This document shows, piece by piece, positions 37,290 through 46,269 of a stretch of 64,000 nucleotides of DNA. The translations under genes were made by a program, and so were the position numbers. The notes under the pieces are model-generated. The model saw nothing but the letters and a program-made list of their open reading frames with translations, did no database searches and was not told the DNA's origin. This stretch comes from a virus, in the IMG/VR virus record IMGVR_UViG_3300050821_001858, positions 32,001 through 96,000 of that record. The stretch is one strand, 5' to 3'. How positions within the stretch are numbered: the first letter of the stretch is position 1; the number at the start of each line of letters is the position of its first letter.

Positions 37290-37367
37290 GGTTTCTTAGC
37301 TCAGTTGGAATAGAGCATCGCCCTGCGAAGGCGAAGGTCATCGGTTCGAGTCCGATAGAAACCTCCA
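37290..37367 (+). tRNA. tRNA-Arg(GCG)
   Basis: TCGCC-CTGCGAA-GGCGA, A20, CCA. Confidence 0.9.
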
Positions 37368-37386
37368 TTTTATAAAGGGAGATGAT

Positions 37387-37914
37387 ATGACAGGTGAATA
37401 TAATTATAAAGGTGATTACGGTGCTATTGCGGATCGACCAATCGATTCAGCTACTTGGACTGGTGAAGACACTAGTAAGTATCCGGTAGCGAATGCTGTT
37501 TATATCAATACCAATCCTGTTGGTACTAGTAATGTAATGCTTGAAACTACTCAAGATACAAAGTATCAACAGTTTGAAGATGAAATACGGGCACTAATCA
37601 ACAAACTATCACTTGAAGGTAATTCAAATACGCCTGATTTTATTCTCGCTGAGTTTCTGACAAACTGTCTTAAGGATTGGGATAGTGTTTCCTCTTATGA
37701 ACAGTTTATGGATAGCGATGAAGTCCTTTGGGACTATCTGTGGCTTGCTCGCAGAACATTTCGAAACACAAAGACTGTTCGTGCCAAGTGGTATATGCCG
37801 GTTATCGCTGAAAAGATAGCTTCGTCTTGGTGGAAAAAGTTGTATGTTTTCTGGGGAAGGCTTTGGGTTGCTTACCTAAATAATGGTAACTATAGTGATG
37901 CCTGGAAAAAGTAA
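37387..37914 (+). CDS. Hypothetical protein
   Basis: INKLSLEGNSNTPDFILAEFL motif, GGAG RBS. Confidence 0.7.
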   Translation: MTGEYNYKGDYGAIADRPIDSATWTGEDTSKYPVANAVYINTNPVGTSNVMLETTQDTKYQQFEDEIRALINKLSLEGNSNTPDFILAEFLTNCLKDWDSVSSYEQFMDSDEVLWDYLWLARRTFRNTKTVRAKWYMPVIAEKIASSWWKKLYVFWGRLWVAYLNNGNYSDAWKK

Positions 37915-37918
37915 TTAT

Positions 37919-37995
37919 TGGGGAGTAGGCTACGTTGGCTAAACCGCTTGGCTCTGAACCATGAGTAGAAGGTTCGACACCTTCCTCCCCATCCA
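37919..37995 (+). tRNA. tRNA-Gln(CTG)
   Basis: U1-A72, loop CTCTGAA, CCA. Confidence 0.88.
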
Positions 37996-38039
37996 TTTTT
38001 CTCTTGACATTCGAGGGAGATAAGTATACAGTAGATAAT

Positions 38040-38113
38040 GTCCTGTTGGCAGACCGACGATGCAACGGATTGCAACCCCGTTAAAGCTGGTTTAATTCCG
38101 GCACAGGACTCCA
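38040..38113 (+). tRNA. tRNA-Cys(GCA)
   Basis: Loop TTGCAAC, U73, T-loop TTTAATT, CCA. Confidence 0.85.
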
Positions 38114-38120
38114 CTTTAAT

Positions 38121-38203
38121 GGTCTAGTAACCGGTTCGGGTTTCTACCCCGCTATCCGTAATTGGAGTTGTAAATGCGGGTTCGAGCCCTGCCTAGATCG
38201 CCA
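38121..38203 (+). tRNA. tRNA-Arg(TCT), no conventional D-arm
   Basis: GGTCTAG/CTAGATC, short connector, loop TTTCTAC, long variable region with AATTGGAG, CCA. Confidence 0.72.
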
Positions 38204-38219
38204 TTTTAGGAGGTATATT

Positions 38220-38381
38220 ATGAAAGATGTTGATGCTGATCTTACCGAAGCATTATCGATTATCGCTGGTTTAATGTATTATGTTTCTGGTCATGATCTA
38301 CGAGAAAGAGAAGCAAAGATTTTGAAAGAGTATTGCAATCGTGCTAATTCTCTTAGACAAAAGTATCAAACGCTTTCTTAG
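38220..38381 (+). CDS. Hypothetical protein
   Basis: 53 aa, AGGAGG RBS; stop TAG inside tRNA-Arg(CCT). Confidence 0.6.
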   Translation: MKDVDADLTEALSIIAGLMYYVSGHDLREREAKILKEYCNRANSLRQKYQTLS

Positions 38382-38447
38382 TTCAACCGGAGAGAATAGT
38401 TGTTTCCTAAACTTCAGATTTGGGTTCGAGTCCCAAGGAAAGCACCA
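38372..38447 (+). tRNA. tRNA-Arg(CCT)
   Basis: Loop TTCCTAA, two U-U pairs in anticodon stem, CCA. Confidence 0.82.
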
Positions 38448-38776
38448 TGACTAGATTAGAGAAGATTGATGCGTTTTATGCGGTTGCTTTTATTGGTATT
38501 ATGATCTATGTTTTTTGGTTTTATGTTCCTATGCAGTCTCATAGTTATTACATTCAAGGAACATTTGACGGTAAAGTTGGTTTAATAATGAATAGTCCTT
38601 TCATAGTTAAAGAACTTTGTGAGGATGTTGCTAAAGAGGCTCAAGCCGAAGTTGATTTGAATAAACTGAGCATCTATATGATCCCTATAGAAGATCGTAC
38701 TGATGTAATGAAAGAAGCTTTGAAAACTGATATCAAGATATCTTGTGTTTCAAAGAAACCGATTATGGAAAGTTAA
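38447..38776 (+). CDS. Membrane-anchored Cys-pair protein
   Basis: ATG shares the terminal A of tRNA CCA; stop inside tRNA-Ser(GCT). Confidence 0.6.
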   Translation: MTRLEKIDAFYAVAFIGIMIYVFWFYVPMQSHSYYIQGTFDGKVGLIMNSPFIVKELCEDVAKEAQAEVDLNKLSIYMIPIEDRTDVMKEALKTDIKISCVSKKPIMES

Positions 38777-38853
38777 ATCGCCAGGGCGCGATACCCGATT
38801 GCTAATCGGAGGGAACCGAAAGGTTTGAGTTTCGAGTACTCAGCTTTCCGCCA
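38767..38853 (+). tRNA. tRNA-Ser(GCT), 8/4 fold
   Basis: 8-bp acceptor GGAAAGTT/AGCTTTCC, 4-bp T stem GAGT/ACTC, V-arm, G73, CCA. Confidence 0.87.
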
Positions 38854-38857
38854 ATAC

Positions 38858-38932
38858 GCGATGCTTGTATAGAAGGATATGCCCTAGGTTTCCACCCTAG
38901 AGAGACTGGATCGTTACCAGTGCATCGCTCCA
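38858..38932 (+). tRNA. tRNA-Gly(TCC)
   Basis: CTAGG-TTTCCAC-CCTAG, U73, T-loop ATCGTTA. Confidence 0.85.
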
Positions 38933-38959
38933 TATTAACCCTAACAGAGGATTATTATT

Positions 38960-39268
38960 ATGAGTTTAACAGGTATGATTTTAGGTTGTGTGCTTGCCGC
39001 TGGTGGCAATGCTCCGGTGGATTGTGGTTCTGATACTGATTTGGTATTGGCTCGCTCTAAGCCAGATGTTTTTGCAACATTAAATGATTGTAATGAGGAA
39101 TCTGGTCAGTATGTAGCTGAGATGGTAAGCCCCGTTGCTCGCCTTATGTATGGGGTACCTCCTGAAGTAAACGTAATCTATTATCGTTGCCTGGACGGTG
39201 ATAAGGTAGTTTATGACTCTCTTACTCAGGGGAAGAATATTCTCGACCAAGATAATGATTCGAAATAA
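38960..39268 (+). CDS. Exported Cys-rich protein, paralog A
   Basis: LTGMILGC N-terminus, F...C..ES, C.D..KVVYDSL. Confidence 0.7.
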   Translation: MSLTGMILGCVLAAGGNAPVDCGSDTDLVLARSKPDVFATLNDCNEESGQYVAEMVSPVARLMYGVPPEVNVIYYRCLDGDKVVYDSLTQGKNILDQDNDSK

Positions 39269-39283
39269 GAAAGGAAACATATC

Positions 39284-39610
39284 ATGCTTACAGGTGTTAT
39301 TCTTGCGTGTGCCGTTAGTTTAGCTAACCCTTCAATCAACGCTGTTGATCCTGAGAATTGTATGCCGATTTGGTCATATTCTTCTGATCCTTTGGCTTTT
39401 GAAGATGTGGATGAATGTCAATCAGAATCAAGGGATTTTCTTGAACAACTTGCACAGAGCGACGATATTCGAAAGCATTTGAATGCTCCTACTGTCCGTA
39501 CATTGAATAATGGTAGCATTCCAGTTTATTTCTTTGTTTGTAAAGACAAGGATGAGAAAGTAGTTTATAACTCCTTGAAGAATGCTCAAGATAATAACAA
39601 GGATCAATAA
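39284..39610 (+). CDS. Exported Cys-rich protein, paralog B
   Basis: LTGVILAC N-terminus, F...C..ES, C.D..EKVVYNSL. Confidence 0.7.
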   Translation: MLTGVILACAVSLANPSINAVDPENCMPIWSYSSDPLAFEDVDECQSESRDFLEQLAQSDDIRKHLNAPTVRTLNNGSIPVYFFVCKDKDEKVVYNSLKNAQDNNKDQ

Positions 39611-39624
39611 ATAGAGAGAGTTAT

Positions 39625-39695
39625 TGGGGTGACCAGAAGTTGGAACGGTGCCTTTGAAGCATCGGAGTAGGGGGCAGTACCTTACACCCCATCCA
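39625..39695 (+). tRNA. tRNA-Gln(TTG), reduced D-arm
   Basis: TGGGGTG/CACCCCA, GGTGC-CTTTGAA-GCATC, T-loop GGCAGTA, CCA. Confidence 0.8.
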
Positions 39696-39700
39696 GTTAT

Positions 39701-39776
39701 GGCGGTATAGCTTAATCGGCTAGAGCGGGCGTCTCATAAGCGTCAGATTCGGGTTCGATCCCCGGTTCCGCTACCA
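39701..39776 (+). tRNA. tRNA-Met(CAT), elongator type
   Basis: GGCGT-CTCATAA-GCGTC, CCA. Confidence 0.9.
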
Positions 39777-40113
39777 ATTTAAGAAAGGTAACCAGATGAC
39801 AAAGATGTTTGCGGTTTTTGCACTTATTATCATGACGATCCCGGCATTGGGTGCTACACCTTCTATTGTTGCACGCCACCCTTCCCAGCCTCGTGTACAA
39901 CCACATTTTCAGAACCATGTGCCGAGTAAACCTATGCAACAGCAGCGTTTAAATCCGCGTGGGAGTGTTGTAGTTCAGTAAAGGATATAATCCATGCTTT
40001 TGTTCTTACAAATTATAACAGCTATTGGTATCATTGCCGGTGCTTATTTTATGTATAGAACTTGGCCAAATAAAGATTTGTAATAGGGCAGCACACACAC
40101 AATTGCTACCCCA

Positions 40114-40158
40114 AGCCCCCATAGATATACGAAAATTATGTCTATGGGGGCTTTTTTT
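40114..40158 (+). terminator. Rho-independent terminator closing the tRNA island
   Basis: AGCCCCCATAGATAT/ATGTCTATGGGGGCT plus T-run. Confidence 0.8.
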
Positions 40159-40772
40159 ATGCTTTTTTAACTTGATCTACCTTTCGATTTGTGGTATAAA
40201 TATCTTGCTGCAATGCAGCATTTCATTTAAACTCTAGACGAAAGGAAATGATTATGAAGAAGATGTTTGTAATGGCGGCTCTTGCCGTTGCTTTAGTCAA
40301 TCCGGTTTTTGCTGCGGAGACTGTTTCGAAGGTTCATTATAAGAGCCCGAAGACCCCGATGAAGGTATACTCGCCTAAGTATTACTTTCCGACAACGACT
40401 GCCCCGTATGATCATGATTTCCAGCTTGGTGCTCAGATTTACGGGTAAGGTTTAAGGGGCATAAGTGCCCCTTTTCATTTGGAGATACTAATGAATCCTT
40501 TAGTTTATTGGTATAAGAAAAACCTTGATAATAAAATCGTAAGTTTCCGTGATAGTTGGAGCGGGATTTTTGTTCTTTCAATTCCCGATAATAGTTGGTC
40601 CCGGTGGCATCATTTTCTTCCTGTTTCAACTACTAGAATGTATACGTTTGCCTATCGACCCAATTCATTGTTCGATGAATAAATAAGGATATGAATATGA
40701 TTAACAAAGGAGATTACCTCATGACGATATAAGGAAGCAATTGGGCTTCCTATATTCTCATAGGAGGTAAGT

Positions 40773-40988
40773 ATGACTGGTGCCACTCAACAGGCAAAGA
40801 AGTCTAAGAAGCAGCGTAAGGTTGGTCGTAATGCGACCTACTGTAACTTTTATCGTTTGACTAATCGTCGCGAGAAGAACAAGGTGAAGAAGATTAATCG
40901 TCACCTTAAGAAGCACAGCGGAGATAAGGTTGCCAAAGACGCTGTTGTGCGTCTTAAGAACGTTATCGCTGGAATCAAGGGGGAGTGA
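40773..40988 (+). CDS. Small basic protein
   Basis: AGGAGG RBS, K/R-rich. Confidence 0.7.
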   Translation: MTGATQQAKKSKKQRKVGRNATYCNFYRLTNRREKNKVKKINRHLKKHSGDKVAKDAVVRLKNVIAGIKGE

Positions 40989-41443
40989 AATCCCCCTTTT
41001 ACATCATGAGGATCATATGAACATATTCTTCAATATACGTCCATATACATCTAGACCTTATATGTTGGATTCTGATACACATTCGCCTAATCTAGAAAGA
41101 TATATAAGTAGGTCAGCCATTAATTTTGTGAGGGAAGTTTTTCCTCATGCCATAAACACGTGTGGAACATTACAACATTTCTATACGATTATGAATGACT
41201 ATTTCACGTGTATATTAGCTGAAGGATGATCATGATACAATTAATGTATGTTGAATTGTATAAGTCTAAATTAATTCAATCAGGATCGATGTCTGGTCGT
41301 TTAGAACGTGAATTAGACATTGATACAACATCAATAAGACGTGTTTTTGACAATCATTATCGGGCTGAGATGCATTTTGTTGCTGATGTACTAGGTTTGT
41401 TTACCGATATATTCGCCCCCGACTAAGGGGGCTTTTTTTTGCC

Positions 41444-41472
41444 TTGACGAACCCCTAACTATCTGATATACT
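41444..41472 (+). promoter_or_regulatory. Sigma70-type promoter
   Basis: TTGACG-N17-TATACT after a terminator, before map. Confidence 0.7.
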
Positions 41473-41480
41473 GGTGCAAA

Positions 41481-42233
41481 ATGGAATATGAAGAAAAATT
41501 CCGGGGTATGGCTCATGCAGGTCAACACGCATCCCGGTGCCTCTCGTTATTAAAAGATTTGATTGTACCGGGCTGGTCAACGGCTCGGATTGATGCGTTC
41601 GTCCATGATTATGCTAAGGCTAATGATTTAATATGTGCGACGAAGGGATATAAGGGTTTCCCTGCCTATTGTTGTACTTCCGTCAACCACATTGTCTGTC
41701 ATGGTATACCATCCTTAAGTAAAATACTCAAAGATGGTGACTTATTAAAGGTTGATATCACATTCATTAATAAGGATGGCTGGCATGGTGATACATGTCG
41801 GACATATTTCGTCGGTGACGCTTCAGTTAAAGCCACTCGGGTTGCTCAGGTCGCTAAGGAAGCCATGGATAGAGCGATTGCTATTATTCGCCCCGGTGTG
41901 ACGTTTGGTCATCTGGGGAAGGTATGTGAAGACTATGTTAACAGTCAAAGGATGGGTGTGGTCAAGGGATATTGTGGTCATGGAATAGGGCAAGAGTTTC
42001 ATACTTTACCTCCTATTCTACATTATTATGATCCGAAGAGTTCCTATGCGCATCAACCTATTCTAGAAGGAATGACCTTTACAGTTGAACCAATGGTAAC
42101 ATTTGGTAAGTCGGATGTAAAGGAACTGTCTGATGGGTGGTCGGTAGTTACTAAAGACCGATCCCTGTCAGCACAATGGGAACACACAATAGGAGTAGTT
42201 GCAAATGGGCACCACATATTCACCGCCTACTAA
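41481..42233 (+). CDS. map: Methionine aminopeptidase type I
   Basis: CTSVNHIVCHGIP, KVDIT..GWHGDT, GHGIG..FH, TVEPM, SAQWEHT. Confidence 0.96.
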   Translation: MEYEEKFRGMAHAGQHASRCLSLLKDLIVPGWSTARIDAFVHDYAKANDLICATKGYKGFPAYCCTSVNHIVCHGIPSLSKILKDGDLLKVDITFINKDGWHGDTCRTYFVGDASVKATRVAQVAKEAMDRAIAIIRPGVTFGHLGKVCEDYVNSQRMGVVKGYCGHGIGQEFHTLPPILHYYDPKSSYAHQPILEGMTFTVEPMVTFGKSDVKELSDGWSVVTKDRSLSAQWEHTIGVVANGHHIFTAY

Positions 42234-42672
42234 AATACCCCAAAAATTGTACAAATTGGTAAGAAAAATGTCTGGTATAGTCAATCATTGTTACGATCCA
42301 AGAGATCATCTGGCAGTCCATTACTTTCATGAAGAGAGTTATATAGCAAGAAATGCTCGGATCATGGACCCGGTGGAAGTAACTTTGAGATGGGATGGAA
42401 TATTCGATAAAAAGAGGAAAGTATATGACGAATAAAGAAGTAAAACAACTTGTCAACTTGATACTATCAATTGAGCGACGTTGCAAGACTGAAAATGTAT
42501 TTCTTCAAGCTACTGTTGATCCCTACAAGGAATTTGATCCTGAGGCACAACAGGGACCGCTGGTCACTAAGCTGTTTCAAATGGCGAAGGATATGAAAAA
42601 GCAACTCGCCCGTAAATAGTTCTTGACAAAAGCCGAGAAATCCAGTAGTATCAATACTTTAAGGGAGATCAT

Positions 42673-42918
42673 ATGAAAGTCGAATTGATTACTCGCACGG
42701 GTTGTATTCACTGCAACTCGACCAAACAGATTCTAAACAATCATAATATCGAATATACTGAAAAGGTTATTGGGGAGGATATTTCAAGAGAGGAAGTTAA
42801 GGCTCTCTATCCTGATGTAACCAAGGTTCCGATCATTTTGGTGAATTCTACTCGTGTCGAAGGACCATCAGAGTTGAAGTTGCTTTTGGAGAAGGGTCAA
42901 TTGGAGCAATTGCAATGA
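42673..42918 (+). CDS. Glutaredoxin
   Basis: CIHC, KVPII; upstream TTGACA-N17-TAGTAT. Confidence 0.88.
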   Translation: MKVELITRTGCIHCNSTKQILNNHNIEYTEKVIGEDISREEVKALYPDVTKVPIILVNSTRVEGPSELKLLLEKGQLEQLQ

Positions 42919-43190
42919 GCTATCTATCAGTTAATAAGAATGAACTTCAACGAGATTTGAAACTAGCTATTGCCGAGATTGCTTATCATAACGATGAAGG
43001 TGTGCCCCGTAAAGCTATTATTACGTTGCAGCGTGAATATATTCCAGAACATGATAGATATCGTATTGATGAAATTGTTAATCAAGAAAGCAGGGGCGAT
43101 GTTATTAAAGTTTGGGATGTTAATCATTCGGCTTGGCGTCTTATTCCTCTTGCGCATGTAGTATATGTACAAATGAAAGATGGCTGGTGA
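42915..43190 (+). CDS. WYL_2/SH3-like T4-type hypothetical protein
   Basis: TL..EYIP...VWDV...AWR motif. Confidence 0.65.
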   Translation: MSYLSVNKNELQRDLKLAIAEIAYHNDEGVPRKAIITLQREYIPEHDRYRIDEIVNQESRGDVIKVWDVNHSAWRLIPLAHVVYVQMKDGW

Positions 43191-43976
43191 AAAAATTTAT
43201 ATGCATACATTTCCTCATTCGATCCAGGGACCCACACAACGTGTTTATGCTAAGTTGCGTGATCGAATAATATGTTATAGTTGGATGTATACAGAACGAT
43301 GGGATAACAACGTACTTAATTCTATTGTTGAAACTTTAGAACATCATGGGATTTTCGATGAAGAATGACCTTAGTTGTATACGAGATTATGGCAACAATT
43401 TACGTATGGATTGTGAGAATAAAACATATAATAGAATAGACTTGGTTTTATCTCATTTACTTGATGATGTTGGTCTATTTGCTCTATTTAATATGTTTTG
43501 GGATTTTAATCTGAGGGGAAATCTTGATCAGTACTTACAAAACGAAAAGATTTGGGCAAAAAGATGAAATATTATCTTATTCAAACACTTTCACAACACT
43601 CTATAAGCTATTTGATATCGACGGAGGAAGTGGTATCGAATGCGGCGATACAGGAAGCGATTGAGCAGGGTGTTATTCGAGAATATCAGCAAGAATTTTT
43701 GGGGGAAAGGATCGTCGGTCTTCAAGAGATTACCGAAGATGAGATGAAGAAACGTATACCTATTAAAGATGAAGAAAAATTTGATCAAGGCTAGAGACAT
43801 TCGAGATACAGTTTGGGATATCTATTATTCCTATGTTCATTTGATTGCCCATAAAATTCAATTTGAACATATATTTGATTTTATTCCGAATATTGCTGAT
43901 TATAATTTAGTTGAAATTCAGTGGGATATGCCTTTATGGAATCCCGTTTTGAGTGCATTGAGAGATAGTAAGTTTT

Positions 43977-44534
43977 ATGACAAATAGATTTGTGATATCA
44001 GATACACATTTTTTTCATACCAAGTGTTGGGACACATTCAAGAGGGACGATGGTAGTCCCCTTCGACATTTTACCTCGACTGAGGAAATGAATGAAACAA
44101 TGATCAACAACTGGAACGCAGTTGTGAACCACGATGATACTGTTTATCATTTGGGGGATGTTACTTGGGAGTATAAGAAACCATTTAATGAACTAATGCA
44201 TCATTTAAAGGGACGGAAAATCCTTATCCTTGGAAATCACGACAAACTTTCTAAGAAGGTACCAGTTCTTCTAGATCATTTTGAGCGTATTGAACTTTGG
44301 AAGGGTTTTCATGAATTAGGATGTACTTTTATCCATATTCCAATTAATATTAATGACTTACGTGATGGTGATATATGTGTTCACGGACATATTCATTATC
44401 GGCATTATATGAATAAGGCTGGCTTGCTTGATCCTCGTTATATCAATGTTTCGGTTGAACAAACAAACTATGCTCCTGTCCCGTTTGATATTTTGAGAGA
44501 TATGATTGAAACAAGAAGGAGAGTTATAAAATGA
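43977..44534 (+). CDS. Calcineurin-like metallophosphoesterase
   Basis: ISDTHF.H, HLGD, GNHD, HGHIH, INVSVE. Confidence 0.9.
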   Translation: MTNRFVISDTHFFHTKCWDTFKRDDGSPLRHFTSTEEMNETMINNWNAVVNHDDTVYHLGDVTWEYKKPFNELMHHLKGRKILILGNHDKLSKKVPVLLDHFERIELWKGFHELGCTFIHIPININDLRDGDICVHGHIHYRHYMNKAGLLDPRYINVSVEQTNYAPVPFDILRDMIETRRRVIK

Positions 44535-44974
44535 AAGACTTTGAAATAGGTATTACATTTGGATCGTGGGATTTACTTCATCCCGGTCATATCACTTTTC
44601 TACAAACGTGTTCGTTGGATTGTGAAACCTTGATTGTTGGTTTGCATGTTGATCCACGTCGGGAAAATAAGAACAAAGCCCCGATGGTTGAAACTGTATT
44701 TGAACGTTGGGTGCGTCTAAACGCACTTCGTCTTGAATCTGAACTTGAGATCGTTCCTTATTCACTTGAGGAAGATATTGTCAATATGTTAGCTATGATG
44801 TCTCCTGATGTCTATTTTATTGGGGGAGATTATAAAGATAAGTTGGAAACTATTACGGGTTATGATATGTGTGTAAAGAAAGATATCACAATTTCTGTGA
44901 TTGAACGTTCTCATAACTTAAGTACTACTCGTTTGAAACAGGCAGTTGTTGATTGGATGGATTGGGCAAAATGA
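44531..44974 (+). CDS. HxGH nucleotidyltransferase (HldC/RfaE-II/TagD-like)
   Basis: GSWDLLHPGH, LIVGL, ER, GGDY, STT. Confidence 0.88.
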   Translation: MKDFEIGITFGSWDLLHPGHITFLQTCSLDCETLIVGLHVDPRRENKNKAPMVETVFERWVRLNALRLESELEIVPYSLEEDIVNMLAMMSPDVYFIGGDYKDKLETITGYDMCVKKDITISVIERSHNLSTTRLKQAVVDWMDWAK

Positions 44975-45546
44975 ATCATTTACAGCACTATTTTGAATTG
45001 GTTGGGCAGCTTGCTGAAGATATGCCGCTTTTTCACATCGATGAAATGATCGATGTATTGGCGGCTTGTGACGGGCGAGTGTTTGTGATCGGGCTTGGTG
45101 GCTCGGCTGGAAACGCTTCACATATGGTCAACGATCTTCGTAAGCTTTGTCATATCGAGGCTTATTCCCCCCTGGATAATGTATCGGAATTTTCAGCCGT
45201 TGTTAATGACGATGGTATTGATGGTTTCTTTGTTGATTGGTTGATCAATTCAAACTTCAACGAGCATGATATTCTGTTTGTCCTTTCCGTTGGAGGGGGA
45301 AACCGAGAGAAAAATGTATCGGTCTGTATTTCCCAGGCTGTTCTTCATGCTTACTCTATTCATGCCAAGATACTTGGTATTGTAGGAAGAGATGATGGTA
45401 CTACGGCTCAATATGGTGATCACGTGCTTGCTATACCACAAGCCGATGAAAAGTTAGTAACTCCGTTGTCCGAAGCTTTTCAAGCTGTGGTATGGCATTC
45501 TATGGTATCTGATCCTCGATTACAGGCTCGTCCAACAAAATGGTAA
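44971..45546 (+). CDS. gmhA: Phosphoheptose isomerase (SIS domain)
   Basis: GLGGSAGNASHMVNDLRK, NDDG, LSVGGG, EAFQAVVWH. Confidence 0.88.
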   Translation: MNHLQHYFELVGQLAEDMPLFHIDEMIDVLAACDGRVFVIGLGGSAGNASHMVNDLRKLCHIEAYSPLDNVSEFSAVVNDDGIDGFFVDWLINSNFNEHDILFVLSVGGGNREKNVSVCISQAVLHAYSIHAKILGIVGRDDGTTAQYGDHVLAIPQADEKLVTPLSEAFQAVVWHSMVSDPRLQARPTKW

Positions 45547-45755
45547 GTGCGATATTCAGGATTGATATTCTTCAAGAGACATTAAATAAACTTGGTGAAC
45601 GCATTTGGCGTTTGGATCAAGATTTGCGTAAGTTTGAGTATTTTAGGGATCGATATACCAAGAACGTATATGGTCCTATAAAATTTTATGATGAGTGGAT
45701 TCTTTTCAATACCATAAGAAGTTATGAATATAGGATTTTTGCCCGTGATGAATAA
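45540..45755 (+). CDS. Small aromatic-rich protein (dispersed family)
   Basis: Overlaps both neighbours; ends EYRIFARDE. Confidence 0.55.
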   Translation: MVSAIFRIDILQETLNKLGERIWRLDQDLRKFEYFRDRYTKNVYGPIKFYDEWILFNTIRSYEYRIFARDE

Positions 45756-46269
45756 AGCAGTGTATCTTGATAGAGATGGTGTTATTAATCCTTTAATTCA
45801 TCGGGGACCCCGAGGTTGGACACCCCCTTGGAATGTTCATGAGTTTTCTATATACCCATGGGTAAAGGAAGCAATCAAATCTTTAAAGAATGATGGCTTT
45901 ATGGTATTTGTGGTATCTAATCAACCGGACGTGTATTCACACGAAATGCCCTGGACGATGACCGGAACGATCAATCAGATTTTGCTTGACAATCTGGCGA
46001 TTGATGATATAATGACCTGTCATCAGCGTGGGAATTATAACTACAAGCCTAACCCAGGCATGTTAATTTCACTCCGGGACACCTATATTATCGACATGAG
46101 CGAATCATGGATGGTAGGTGATACTTGGAAAGACGCTGTTGCTGCACATATAGCTCATGTTCGTTATATACATCTCGGGGACGAAGACCCTGTTTCGTCT
46201 AGTGTGTTTGCTAAGGTACCAACTCTTAAAGAAGCTGTTCCTATTATATTAGACCCTGAGGCATTATGA
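45748..46269 (+). CDS. gmhB: Heptose bisphosphate phosphatase (HAD)
   Basis: LDRDGVIN, VVSNQPD, KPNPGM, SWMVGD..KD. Confidence 0.9.
   Translation: MNKAVYLDRDGVINPLIHRGPRGWTPPWNVHEFSIYPWVKEAIKSLKNDGFMVFVVSNQPDVYSHEMPWTMTGTINQILLDNLAIDDIMTCHQRGNYNYKPNPGMLISLRDTYIIDMSESWMVGDTWKDAVAAHIAHVRYIHLGDEDPVSSSVFAKVPTLKEAVPIILDPEAL

Noticed and set aside
22000-40000. CRISPR array or DGR-type repeats
   Set aside because: No regularly spaced direct repeats; the only long repeat seen is the tRNA-Leu(AAG) duplication; no reverse transcriptase
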